20,000 nucleotides of DNA from Raillietiella orientalis (GCA_036172245.1 JAYWIR010000069.1:425101-445100), one strand, 5' to 3'; shown: positions 1 through 11,743, numbered from the stretch's first letter. A program made the numbers and translations. Notes: generated from the sequence alone by a model not told the origin.

Positions 1-2320
1 TTTTTAATTAAAGATGGCCTTATCCTGTTTCATCGCTAAAACTATTCTTCAGTGAAGATGACTTCTGGCTCTCACGGAACTGTCCAAATGCTGCTGGCGC
101 AAAAGAAACGATCAGTTTACTTGCAATCGCCTTAAAAAGGAAGAAAACAACCAAGTTGAGAAGGAAAGACGACAGTGAACTGTTGCACGTCGCAGCTTCA
201 ACGATTTTCCTTTGACGAAATTTAGAGAACTTTGTTTAAGCTGCCATTAGTTGGAGGTCCATTATTCCCGTTTACCGAAGGACATCCGTATGTTTATCAC
301 TGCACCCTGGTTTGAAATTCCAGCAAGATTCTTTGAATTTGCAGCATCCACAGCGTGCTCAGCTTCCATTAGTTCTGATGACTGCGTTTGAGATCGTGAC
401 TTTTACTCATTCTATGGTCTTTTTGACTTGAAGGACATGAAAATTGGGCCCCGAATGTCCACACATTCCAGCCGTTGATGTTTCAACGCCTCACAGCGGT
501 TGCAGGGGACAATCAAGGCAGCGCCACTAAAATTTAAACCGATGTAACATCTGAAATAGCAAGCAGGAGTTAGTTTTTAAGGGCACTGTGCAACTTCACG
601 GGCCGTTCGACCCTCACGTTGCAGTGATGAACAGAATCCAGTAGCTACATTTTGACACACTCAGTGTCTAGCCAGCAAGCATAAGGACAGAGGAGAGGGA
701 GCGGAATCTCAACAAGCATGCAGCTTCTTGAAATACAGGCAAAATGCGTGGGCTCTTCACACTTCCGTAGAAGGGTCGCTCTTTCCATCCTTCTTTCTAC
801 GCGTTCAATGATGCTGAGGGGTGCCACGTGCAACCTTGCTTCCACACGCAGGGGTACCTCCTTTGATTCTCACCATAAGGCAGTAAGTTTCCATTAGGCT
901 GCTCCAAGTGGATTCACCAAACAGATATAAAATAACAAGTTGGAAAAAGCGTTTCCTAAGCAAATAAAACGAAACGAATTCGAAGGGAAGACTTCACCTA
1001 CTCGCAGGTTGTTACTCTGTCATTCTGGAGCGGGAAAGGACAGTAAGTAAGCAAAGTGAGAGAGCATGACGACAGAGATGTACTCAGTACGGATGCAGGG
1101 CGATTGTGATCTCCGGCTCGACTTCCTCTTCCTAGTGAGGGCACCTGCAACAGTTCCATTGGGGGCGGCTGCTGTGAAGTCCCTCCTTCCCTACGATAAC
1201 CACCCTCCTTCACGACGGAAATCCTTCATAGGGCAAAAATAAGATGCGCAATGTAAGCGGACAAGATGCGGGAGCAAAGTTTCATTATTGGCAAATGCGC
1301 AAGTGCTAAAAAGAGTATCTAATCTCGATACATTTCAGCCGCGCTCTCTAATTACATCCACATTCTATTCTGACGCGTTTTCCTTAGTTGTAAATGCGTA
1401 TGAAGGCGTATGATGGTTCTCAGATGCTGCTTGCTGAACCAGAAAACTTTGGACAAGTTGCACAACCCGATTCCGTTTAGTTTTCAAGGTCCAATCCCAT
1501 ATGGGTCTTCTTGCTGTGGACCGCGCCCGTCATAGAAGGAGGCAAGTGAGAATGTCTTCTTGTGTCTTAACAACGCTCTCACGGTCCATTCCTCAAACAT
1601 GCGTCCGACATTTCCATCCGGGGAGTCACAGAGCCTTTTTCACCTTGCTCAACAAAAAGCACGTTTGCTCTTCTTAGAATGCTCATTCCCACTTCGATCA
1701 CCTTGCAGCCGAAAGAAATGGAAACCTCTGAGCGGTGTAGACAGCATCAGTTCTGGAGAAGTCTTGTTAGGCCAAAGCAGAGATGCATTGGTGGGCGGGA
1801 CCGTGCGAACAGCTGGAACACGGCAGGGCGCGCAAGTGAATGCCGCCTCGGCACCACCAGGCCTTGCGTGCTGCTAATGGGCGTCCCAAGGGGAAGATGC
1901 CGCAAAGTCAAGTCGACACGTCGGAATGCTCCAATTTTTTGACTTTTTGAAGATTCCTCACGAGGCCGTGCTGCACGTTTGCCTTTTAAGAATCTGTAGG
2001 CGTGGAAGCACCGAGACCCCATTTGGTTTTCGGAGATTATGCCGAGGTCCATAGACAGTAGGCACTCAGCCTCAGGATGAACTACCTGTGCTGCATCGTG
2101 TTGGTTGTAGCCGCGACTGGTAAATCTCTTTCTGCATGGCGCCTTTGGATAACAGTGGACTGACGATCGGATCGTATGTGAGTGGTTTGCGTCTTCACTG
2201 CTATCCCGAAGCACTCTTGAAAGAACCGCTCTGTGGTGCCTTCCAAGCATGACGTCGTGGATAATAAAGGGGTGGGTGGGCATCTGTCTGAGTGTCCCTT
2301 TGCATTGGTACTCACGTTCT

Positions 2321-2812
2321 GAGGTGATTCGCTTTTTGCACTGAAGTTTGCGCAACAATGAGCGGCGGCACCGTGTTTCTGGTGGGCTGTCTTCCCCTTA
2401 ATGTGCACGGTGGGGTGCGACGGAGTTGTTCTCGCACCTTCTTTTGGACTGCGGTGCCCTCCACGAACTCTGGAGGAGACAGGCAGCAGCACTCCTGCCA
2501 CCGGGGGACACCGCTCGTAAGGAGCTGCTAGGGTTCTTCCAGCCGCAAGGACTTTTGACGGCTGCAATAATTTCGACCGTTGGCTGCATCCTAGCCATCG
2601 TCGCCGTCCGAGACGTGCTGGAGAACATTTGTCAGCTATGTTGTGTAACCAGGAAGGCAGCCAACTTCATCAGGTCGGCAGCTGGGTGGCGACACTCATG
2701 GGAAGACACAACGGAGCAGCTAACCGGTATCCATCGCCGAATGAGAAACGGCTTAGAACGACGAACCCGGTGATCCGCCCTTATTTTATTTTTAATTGAT
2801 TTTTTTTGTTCT
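2321..2812 (+). mobile_element. Copy E: short 3' remnant of the non-LTR retrotransposon (ORF2 C-terminus to TGA 2771-2773, then 3' UTR T-tract)
   Basis: Translates EVIRFLH*SLRNNERRHRVSGGLSSP*CARWGATELFSHLLLDCGALHELWRR...GIHRR, which aligns with copy B DVIMLVHWGFHSNQRTNLVSGGVVSPDCKR*GEVETLPHLLLDCGALLGLWRR...GIHRR. T-rich tract at 2781-2810 as in other copies. Both boundaries are approximate and the terminal AATAAA/stem-loop is missing. Confidence 0.85.
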
Positions 2813-2833
2813 CGCATCCTCCACGGCAAATAA

Positions 2834-3311
2834 TTGCCGGAGGATATCGACCCGGCGGTGGCGTTTGTCGTCGAACGCATGCTCGATGACGTCGCCTTTG
2901 AGCGAGCGGCGGAGCTCGCTGCGTCCTTGCAGCGTCCCCCCAAATCCGCGAAAAAGGACTCAAGGCATCCGATCAAGAAGTCGAAGATTCCGAACTCCGA
3001 CGCAGAGGCGGAAAACAGCCTGCGACATCGCAACCTCCCACCCGAGGGCCAGTCGCACGAAGAAGGCTACCCGCAAAATTATCCCGTCCGTGGAAAAGGG
3101 AGAGATAATCGAGGAAAGCGAGCGTGCGAAGAAAGTAAGAAACTCCGGGAACTCTCCTCCAGAGATAACCCCACGCTGTGACGGCGGAGGGAATGAAAGG
3201 GTAGAGTCTGTGCCCCAGGTGATTCAAGTGCCTGAGATGGCCGCGGTCCCCTTACTCGTCCCTCTCACCTGTCCCTTGACAGGTGCTGCAACGCCACGTT
3301 CCCAGCCTTAA
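2834..3311 (+). pseudogene. Copy C ORF1 C-terminal remnant (frameshifted near 3040)
   Basis: DDVAFERAAELAASL resembles the copy A ORF1 repeat DASFEKAAEELVATL. The second frame ends ...PRSQP* at TAA 3309-3311, overlapping the ORF2 ATG. Confidence 0.7.
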
Positions 3312-4196
3312 TGCCGGGAATCGCCTCTTGCCGCCGTCTGCGAATTGCCTGTTGGAACGTCAACGGGCTAAGCGACGACGGCAAGAGACGAGACGTGGCC
3401 TCCACCCTGGCATCGTTGGACCTGGTGCTACTGCAGGAGATCCACGTGATCTCAGCTGACCAAGCAACGGAGATCAAGCGTATCTCAGGTGGACGGCTGC
3501 TGTGGCGTTGCGGCACCGTTAAATCTTGCGGTGTCGCGTTCCTGCTTCGTCCAGCTGTCGAGACTGCGGCAAAGGGCGTACGGTTTGATAGTGCCGGTCG
3601 CGTCGGGCAGTTGACCATCAGGTGGTCCGACTCTATCGATCTGGTCATTACCAACGTGTACGCCCCAAGCGGCAGCGACGCGCTAAGGGCAAAGGCAAGG
3701 AGAGATTTCTTCCTTACCCTGAGGCGCGAATATCTGGACGAAGCGGGAGTGCGCAAAGCGCACCTAATCGCAGGTGACTTTAACCTGCGCCTGCTGTCAG
3801 GTGCGTCCAACACACTTCGGGACCGCGTGAACGAGCTGTGCGCAGAGATGCACACGCGCAACTTGTTCGCGGGAGATCCAGAAATGGCCGACAGCATAGA
3901 TCACGTGTTTCTTGACCAGCACCTATGCTCACGCGTGGGCAGGCGCGGCAAGTTACCGTCGGAACTGTCGGACCATGACCGGATCGTACTCGAGGTGCGC
4001 CCACGCGATAGGGGTCCGCCGTCATCTGCGTGGCGCTTATTGGGGGACTGGCTGAAACTTCCGGAAGCCGCGGAGCATCTCCGCGGATTCATACGAGGTT
4101 TCAGTTTGCAGACGCTTCAGGACTGGGACCGCTTCAAGCGCTCGGTCCGAGATTTTTGCGACGAGTTCCCTATGAATCTCCTGCCTGCCGGGTTTG
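3311..4196 (+). pseudogene. Copy C ORF2 N-terminal segment: APE (EEP-family) endonuclease and start of linker, interrupted by copy A
   Basis: Motifs WNVNGL, LQEIH, GVAFL, NVYAP, AGDFN, SIDHVF, LSDH. Homology ends at LLPAGF. The ORF-track tail to 4267 is read-through into the antisense 3' UTR of A. Confidence 0.92.
4190..4196. repeat. Target-site duplication of copy A, left copy (GGGTTTG; partner 14180-14186)
   Basis: Identical 7-mer at both junctions, extendable to 10 bp with one mismatch (GGGTTTGCTG / GGGTTTGGTG). Removing the insert restores the ORF2 frame of C. Confidence 0.8.
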
Positions 4197-4406
4197 CTGT
4201 TGCCACCCAGGTACGCCTGGGGCCTTTATTGAAAACTCTACAAAAACGTGATACGAGGCTCCAATAATGGCCAAACAACACCAGACCTGCCGGGACGCCA
4301 GGACGCAGCCCGGCGTGACGCTCCTCGGCAGTGGAGGGGAGTTTGAGAGAAAAAAAAAATAAAATAAAGAAAAACAAAAAAAGTTTGGAGGGAGGCAAAG
4401 GGACCA
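4197..4406 (-). promoter_or_regulatory. Copy A structured 3' UTR: U-tract (4350-4382), stem-loop with CUGCGU loop (4287-4331), AATAAA (4225-4230), terminal stem-loop (4204-4224)
   Basis: Sense strand reads ACGCCGGG-CTGCGT-CCTGGCGT inside CTGCCG...CGGCAG, then AATAAA-GGC-CCCAGG-CGTA-CCTGGG-TG. Same layout in B, C and D. Confidence 0.75.
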
Positions 4407-7400
4407 CTATCCACTAGGAGGAGGGCCAATCCTTCGCAGGATGCCCTCTAGGTTCTTCTGCGTTTGTCCCAGATGGGGCCATCTCGCAGCTCTTCGAATG
4501 AAGCTCACAGCATACGGGGTGACTTCCCTCTCGTTGGCATCCACTCCTTCGTCTCGGGTATCGCTCCAGGCCGCCACGATGCCTCGGATGCAGCAGAGGG
4601 TTGCGAGGGCTGCGGCGGGCTGCAGGACGTCCCGCACGAAGAAGGGCCGAAGAACGTCTCTGGGCGAGCTGCTCATAGGGAGCCCAAGGGTCGTTCCGAA
4701 CCGTTCCCATAGGGGTCGGAGGGCAGCAAAGTCAACGAGTAGGTGGAGGAGCGATTCCCGCTCCCCACACCTGGCACACTCAGGCCTTACACTTCCCCGT
4801 GTTCAGTGGAAGCGGCGCGCGTTGGAGGGTAGACCCCAGTGCAACAGCAGCAGCGCCGTTTCCTGCCACTTCAGGGGAAGAAGCCTGGATCCAAGTAATA
4901 CTGGGGGCCACTCCAGGTCATCCGTCGGGATGCCGAGCAGCTCGCCTCATCTAACAACTCCACGCGGGAGGGCACTCGGGATCGTGGTATCAGCCAGTTC
5001 TTCCATGGTCCAAGCGCTCGTCTTCTTTACTCTGCCTGCGATTCGGCAGGAGACTTGCCACTTTGGCGTCCGGCCGCTGGTTAGAGCCCTCCGTAAGAAG
5101 AATAGCGTCGAAGCTAAAGGGGTTATCTCCGCTCACGTGCTCCTGGCGGGACACTAAAGAGTGGTCCGTAGGGTGCAGCAAGCGTTGGGGCCGAATCGCA
5201 GGCGGTTCCAGTCATATCCGGTAGGTTGGTTCAACTTGGCCCACGTCCCAACGGATTCCTCCAGCCAAGCGGAGGAGTTGGCGGGGCTGCATATTGTCCA
5301 GCCGTTTTCACTTACCAGGGCTTCCATGTGTCCAAGGAGAAGGCCGCATCTCCTGACGTTCCGGCAGGGACACAGAAGCAAAGACGCGAGACCTTGCCTC
5401 CTGGATACACGGCTGCGAGGATGCGGGCCGGAACGCACCAAGGGGTGTTCCATGTCTTTGCTGCGATGGCCAGGGTGCGCCATCGCAGCTGCATGTCCAG
5501 GCACCCTAGCGTCAGGAGGCCAAGACCACCGTCACGACGCGGAGCGCATGTGTCCTTAAGAGGCGCACATGGCCTCCCACTGCCCCAGAGGGCGCTGCGG
5601 AGAAGGCTTTTGGTCCTCTTATTCAACACACGGGGGACGGGGCAAACAAAAAGCAGGAAGCGAAGGATGGGAGCCGCGAACGCGTTTTACACCGCGGCCC
5701 GTTCCGGTAGAAGGAACTTGCCATCCAAGAACGAGCCGATTGCCAACTCTACCTTTCGGATACGACCTGACCAGGCTTCTCCGAGACAGAAGTCCCCCAA
5801 CGGGACACCTAGGTACTTCAGGCACCTGGCCGCGGGGATTCCCAAGCGGATCCAGTCAGGCTGTCCAGCCCACGTCACCCCCACCACTACCACCGAAGAC
5901 TTCGCCTTGTTTACCCGCAATCCAGTCCCACGGCTTAGCAGACCGAAGAAGTCCCCAAATGCGGCTTCCGGGACGGACATGGGCAACATCAGCACGAGAT
6001 CGTCGGCGTATGCTGCAACGGCGGGCGTGCCGGGGCGCGAGCTAGGCAAGGCAGCCAAGGTTGCCCTGTACGCTCTTAGCACCAACACAAAGTAAGTGCT
6101 AAAGAGCAGGGGACTGAGGCTATCGCCCTGCCGTATGCCCCGCCGTACCGGCACGCCATACACCTGTTGACCTGAAAAACTGACCTTAATTATGGCGTTG
6201 CGCCAGCAGTAGCGCAGGTAGGAGAGAAAAGAGGGTGGGAAGCTCATGCGACCCAGGAGCTCAAACAGTAGCTCCTGGTCCACGCAGTCGAACGCCTTAT
6301 GCAGATCGACCGCGATCGCTAGGGCGCCCTTCCCTGCCCCGGTATCCATTCCCAGCCCGGCTAGCGGCCCCAAAGTGGGGTTGCCAATGTTGGCCCCGGT
6401 TTCGTTCGGACAACGCTGCACATGAAACCATGTGCTCGCGAAGAACAGGTTAGCATCCATACTTCGCCCGGGAACGGCATATGTCTCTTCCGGGCTAATT
6501 ATGGAGTCTGCCACCTGTCCTAGACGCAAAGCTCACAGTCCAGCAATTAGCTTGGCGTCCGTGTACACAATTGTGACCGGACGCCAATTGCTCAGTGATC
6601 TCAGGTCTCCTCCCTTTGGGAGGAGCCTCCCTCGGGCTGACCGAAACGAGGCGGGAACGTCGCCTTCGTCGCGGATCAGCCCGGTCAACTGAAGCACCAG
6701 GGGGGACAGCTTTGCCGCGAAGCATTGGAAAAACTCCGCGGGCAGGCCGTCCTCTTCTGGAGCCTCACGCCTCTTGAGCCTTTTAATACCGGCGAGAATT
6801 TCACCGGTAGTAAAAGGCTCGTCGAGGTTCATCCTTTCGTCCTCCCCTATTGCCGGGGCTTCGTCCGGAAGCAGCAGCCGCGAGGCATCCTGCTCTAGGG
6901 GTGTTTTGGCGTAGAGGGAGGAATAAAACCGTCGCACAAGGTGCCTGATCGCGGGTGGGGCAGAGCGCTCCCGCCCCTTGTCGTCCAGCAGGCTGGCCGA
7001 CCCGGATTGCCAGACTTGGCGCTCGACCCCCGCTCGATATTCGGCCAGGCGACGGACATTGGGGGTCCTCTCGTACCGTCGGACCTGTAAATAGGCCGTA
7101 TGGTTGCGAGCCCCCTCCCCAAATCCGGGGGGCAGGCGGTGCAAGGGGAACTCCTCGAAGAACTCGCGAACCGAGGCCTTAAAGAGGTCCCAGTCAGCGA
7201 GATTCCGGAAGGTGACGCCTCTCAGGAATTGGCGAAGGTGTTCTTTCGCCCCCGTGAGTCGCGTCCAGTCCCCAGGCATACGCCACGCCCTGGAAGGTGG
7301 TCCTTTGTCGCGCGGGCATATCTCGACGATTATGCATGAATGGCCCGACAGCGTCGACGCAACTTTCCCCCGTTTGCCGACCCGCGAGCACAGGTCGACA

Positions 7401-7818
7401 TCCAGGAAGAAGTGGTCGATGCTGCGGTCCATTCCCTCCGCGTCCGCCAACAAGTTGCGCGTGCGCATGGCAGCGCACAACTCGTTGGCCGTGCGTTCTT
7501 CTGCTTCGGGCTGACCTGACAGCACACGGAGATTTAGGTATCCAGCTATCAGGTGAGCCTTGCGCACGTTCATATCCGCCAGCCAGTCGCGCTTCATGGT
7601 TTCCAGAAACCTGGTGCGGTCGCTGTATTCCTGTTTTCCGCTGGGGGCGTAGACATTCGTGACGATCATTTCGATCGAGTCGGACCAGCTGAGAATCAGA
7701 TGACCGACCCGACCGTCGTCATCGAAGCGCACGCCCTTCACGGCAGCGTCGATGGCCGGCTTCACGAAAAACGCGACCCCACAGGTGTTGCGGGCGCCGC
7801 ATTGCCAATACAGCCGAC
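4407..7818 (-). pseudogene. Copy A ORF2 main part: rest of APE endonuclease, reverse transcriptase, C-terminal CCHC
   Basis: NVYAP, SIDHFF, APEEDGLPAEFF, NWRPVTI, DLHKAFD, GIRQGDSLSPLLF, YADD (5999-6010), KYLGVPL. In-frame stops at 6533-6535 and 5687-5689, a frameshift near 5390 and further lesions downstream. The catalytic GDFN is mutated to GYLN. Confidence 0.93.
7810..7818. repeat. Target-site duplication of copy B, left copy (ACAGCCGAC; partner 11968-11976)
   Basis: Identical 9-mer at both junctions. Excision restores the endonuclease frame of copy A. Confidence 0.88.
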
Positions 7819-8174
7819 GAAGGCACCCTCTAAGAGTGCTGGACCAGCTTCAGCTGCCACCAAAGAAAAGGCAGGCGAAACGCCCGCCGCGCGCGCGGAA
7901 TTCGGACTCCGAGGTGGAGTCCGAGGGTAGCGCTAAGGCTCGCCAAGCCCCGGTCAAGGCCAGGGCTGCGCGCAAGCCAAAACTTGCCAGGCAAGAGCCT
8001 GATGCCGGGAACGGTTCCCTATGCTCCTCGGAGACCAAGGCAATGGTCCTCGACTCCACCGAGCCGGCCGCGAGAGGCGCGGCGGGGACAGGAAGCGCTT
8101 GCGCTACCTCATCCGCCGTGCTCCCGGCTGATGCCTCGCCGGACGGTGCGAGGAACGCACCTCCATGTCCGTAG
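7819..8174 (+). pseudogene. Copy B ORF1 C-terminal remnant (low-complexity K/R/A/S-rich)
   Basis: Open frame PPKKRQAKRPPRARNSDSEVESEG...PPCP*. The NSDSE motif matches C (PNSDAEAE), A (GESDRE) and F (DSETESE). The stop lies 5 nt before the ORF2 ATG. Confidence 0.72.
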
Positions 8175-8179
8175 CAGCA

Positions 8180-11100
8180 ATGCGCGGTCTCGCTTCTTAC
8201 CGACGCGTCCGAGTGGCCTGTTGGAACATCAACGGGCTGCAGGACAACGAGAAGAGGCGATTGGTTGCCAACGTGTTGCGCGACTTCGATCTGGCCCTTC
8301 TGCAGGAGATTCACGCACTCTCCGAGCAGCAAGCGGCCGATTTGCAAGTTCGCGCAAGCGGGATGCTCCATTGGAGGTCAGGCTCCCAGAATACCTGCGG
8401 AGTCGCATTCCTTGTCCGGGGCAGTGTGGCAGGAGCGGTGCGGAGCGTTTGTTTCGACGAGGAAGGTCGTGTGGGCCAACGTGTCCTCAAGTGGTCCGAA
8501 TGGATCAACCTTGTCATCACGAACGTGTACGCGCCGTGCGGCTCTGCGCGTCACACCGAGAAACTGGAGTTTTTCCAGAGACTGCGCGACCGCTGGCTGA
8601 GGAACTCCGGCCCCGACGTGGCTCACCTCGTAGCCGGCGACTTCAACGTCCACGCGCTATCGGAGGAGTCTCACCGTCGCCGGGAGAAGCGGCTGGTGAA
8701 CGAGGTGTGCGCGTGCGTGCACGCCTCGAATTTGCTGGCCGACGATCCCGGGATGCGTGCTTTGCCGGACCATGTGTTCCTCGACGATCACCTGCATTTT
8801 CGGGTGGGTCGAAGAGGTCCCGTGCCGTCCGGGCTTTCCGACCACTACAGGCTGGAGTTGGAGTTACTCCCGCCTGGCAAGGGCCCTCCGACGCACGTCT
8901 GGAGGTTGCCGGCCGACTGGTTGAGAAATCCGGTGGCTGCGGAGCACCTCCGCCAGCATCTCCGGACCTTTGCCTTTCCAGAGCTCGTGGACTGGGACGA
9001 TCTGAAAAGATCGGTCTGCGAGTTCTGCAGCCGGTTCCCCTTGCGCCTGCTTCCCCGTGGCTTCGGAGAAGGTGTGGCCAACAGCAGAGAGTTTCTGCAG
9101 GCCCGCCAATTCTCCCGATGCCCGGACGTCCGGTACCTTGCGGAGTACAAGGCCAAGGCCGATCGCCAGGTCTGGCAGTCAGGAGCGGCTTGTCTGCTCG
9201 ACGACCAGGGCCTGGAGTGCTCGGGAGCGGCCGAAGTTCGCCGCCTCCCAAAGTGCTACTACTCCTCGTTGCTTGCTAGGGAGCCGACGGAACGCAGTCT
9301 CTCGGAGCTGCTTCTGCCGGCGGATTCCCCTACGGTCAACGAGGAGGAACGCACCACTCTTGACATGCCCTTCACAGCGAAAGAAGGGTCTTCCGCCATA
9401 GCGGGCCTCAAGAAGCGCTAGGCGCCAGGTGAGGATGGTTTGCCTGCGGAGTTCTTCCAGTGCTTCGCGGCGGAACTCATCCCCCTGGTGCTGAGGCTTT
9501 CTGCGCTGATGCGAGAGACGGGCAATGTCCTAGCCTCGTTTCGCTCAGCAAGGGTGCGTCTCTTGCCGAAAGGCGGAGACATGCGCCATTTAAACAACTG
9601 GCGTCCCATCATCTTGATGAATGCGGACGTCAAGTTGTTCTCCAGGCTGTGGGTCGCGCGCCTAGGCAGGATCGGTGGATCCGTGGTAAGTCCGGAGCAG
9701 TCTTACGCTGTTCCCGGGCGGTCCCTGGAGGCGAACCTGTTCTTCACGCGCACGTGGCTCGAGCTGCAACGTTGCGTGGCGCACGACAGCCAAACAACCG
9801 CATCTGCGGCTGCCCAGGCTAGGCGTCGCTGCATTAGGCCTGGGGAAGCGCCGGGTGCCTTGGCGGTCGCGGTCGATCTCCGCAAGGCGTTCGATTGCGT
9901 AAATCAGGATCTCCTGCTGGAGCTCCTGCAACGCCTCGGTCTCCCGGTGCACCTCGTGGCGTATTTGCGCGCTTGCTGTCGCCACGCCCTCATTTCCATC
10001 TCTTTTAGCGGCTGCCACGTGTACGGCGTGCCGGTGCGGCAAGGCATCAGGCAGGGCGACAGCTTAAGCCCGTTGCTCTTCAGCATCTTCTTTGAGTTGG
10101 TGCTGAGGGCGTACAGGCTGACGCAGGCCAACCTGCCGAGCTGTTGTCCAGGAACGCCGTCCGTGGCAGCCTATGCTGACGATCTGCTTCTCCTTTTACC
10201 CATGACCACCCCGACGTCCAGTCTCGAGGATTTCTTCGAGCTGATTCGCCGGGGATTGGGCATGAGCGTAAACCGGAGCAAGAGCGTGGTCGTACCTATT
10301 CGTGCGGCGTGGGAGGGGCAGTCCGACTGGATCCGCCTGGGGATCCCGACCGCTTCCACCATGCAATATCTGGGCGTTCCGCTGGGGAACATCAGCTCAG
10401 TGGAAGTGTGATCGGACTGCCTTCGGAAGGCTACGAATGCCCTGAGCCCGTTCCACCATGGCAGGTTCGTCCTGCCGGAGCGGGCCACGATATGGAACAC
10501 CTTCGTTGCCCCCCTCTTGCGCCCCTTGCTTTTTGTTTGCCCGCCCCCCTACTCGGCCAAGCTCCAGGCGCACAGCCTGTTGAGGAACGCTCTGTGGGGA
10601 CCTGCGAGGTCCAGGATACGCCTCAAAGACTTGGAGGCTCCGCGTCGGGATGCTGGTTTAGGCATCCCGACGCTGGAGAGAATCGAGCTGCAGGTGCAGC
10701 TTCGGATGTTGGCCCTGTGCGCCAACCTTTGGTCTACTCCCTGGTGCGCTTCCGCGTGCCTGCTTCTGCGACGCTGCACAGGCAGCAATGGACTTCTGTC
10801 GCTGCGGCCGCACACGGAGCGCGCCACGAGAAGCTTCGGTTTACCCTTGAAACCGCTGTACCGGCTCCTGGAAGCCCAGGAATGGATCTCCTGCCGCCCA
10901 ACGAACTTTGAAGCCTGTCGGCAGGAACCGTTGCATGGCTGGGCAAAGCACCAGGATGTTTCCCTCCTGAAACTCCGTTGCGCTCACCTCTCACCGTACT
11001 GCACGGTGGATGAAGTGTGCAACAGCCAGGAGAAGTGGACTCGCCTGGCCGTCACGCCCCTCGCCGATGCGCTGTCAGCCCTCAGGGGAAGAGATGACAG

Positions 11101-11743
11101 CTGCGATCCGGTGAGATGGGAGGTCGCCTGCGCCATCGCAGGAACAACCCGACCTATTGGCGGCTGGAGGACTTGCGAGCTGAAAGATACCGCCACGCCT
11201 CGCCACATACCGAAGGGACTCCTTCGGTGGAGCGAACACTTGAGTGTGCCCCCCGAAGAACTTTTGGTCCCTCCCTCGTGTTTGAACACTTCTGTGTTCC
11301 TTCTTTCGTGGAATCAGGACGTCATCATGCTGGTGCATTGGGGTTTTCACTCCAACCAGCGCACGAACCTTGTTTCCGGGGGAGTTGTCTCCCCAGACTG
11401 TAAGCGGTGAGGGGAAGTGGAAACGCTCCCGCACCTGCTCTTGGACTGCGGTGCTCTCCTAGGACTGTGGCGGAGGCTGGCCTCAGCTCTCCTGCACCAG
11501 GGGGACACCGCGAGGGATTCGATGCCCCGCTTCTTCACGCCAGGCGGCCTGTCCTTAGGTGCTGTTGTTGCAACCGTGTGTTGCATTCGCGCCATCGACA
11601 AGGCCCACCGACAACCTGAGAAGTTGGCCATCCTTCGTCAGCCCACCGGATTAGCCAGCGCCAGCATGTCGTCGGCAGCCGAGTGGGCGCATCTTCCAGA
11701 GAGCGTGAGGAAGGAGATCGCCGGCATCCATCGCCGGTTCTGA
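8180..11743 (+). pseudogene. Copy B ORF2 (APE endonuclease, RT, CCHC): 1188 codons in one frame with three premature stops
   Basis: ORF-track pieces 8165-9421, 9440-10411, 10517-11410 and 11417-11743 share a frame, with stops at 9419-9421, 10409-10411 and 11408-11410. Motifs WNINGL, LQEIH, NVYAP, GDFN, SDH, APGEDG, NWRPIIL, DLRKAFD, QGDSLSPLLF, YADD (10172-10183), YLGVPL, DAGLGIP, CKR*GEVETLPHLLLDC. The ATG at 8180 aligns with the other copies; 8165 is an alternative. Confidence 0.95.

Noticed and set aside
1..2320. Short ORFs in the left flank (645-845, 998-1213, 1560-1877, 1679-1942, 1747-2358)
   Set aside because: No recognisable domain or consistent exon structure. This could be host intergenic or decayed sequence and cannot be assigned.
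4350..4382. A-rich runs here and at 15137-15170 as poly(A) tails of plus-strand elements
   Set aside because: They are the reverse complement of the internal 3' UTR U-tract of minus-strand copies A and D. The true 3' ends lie about 150 bp further on.
4441..6095. Long plus-strand ORFs (238 aa, 289 aa and others) and similar ones such as 7984-9279, 14808-15692 and 15231-15968
   Set aside because: Antisense or alternative-frame shadows of GC-rich ORF2 sequence, Arg/Pro/Ser-rich and not conserved between copies.
5687..10411. RT as group II intron, retron, DGR or LTR-element RT
   Set aside because: The N-terminal APE domain, ORF1 with CCHC knuckles, 5' truncations and variable TSDs define a non-LTR retrotransposon. 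No LTRs, integrase, RNase H or template repeats were seen.
8180..11743. In-frame stops as evidence of an alternative genetic code or readthrough
   Set aside because: All three stop types occur, at different positions in different copies, replacing different residues (W, C, Q, S, K/E) and alongside frameshifts. This is ordinary decay.
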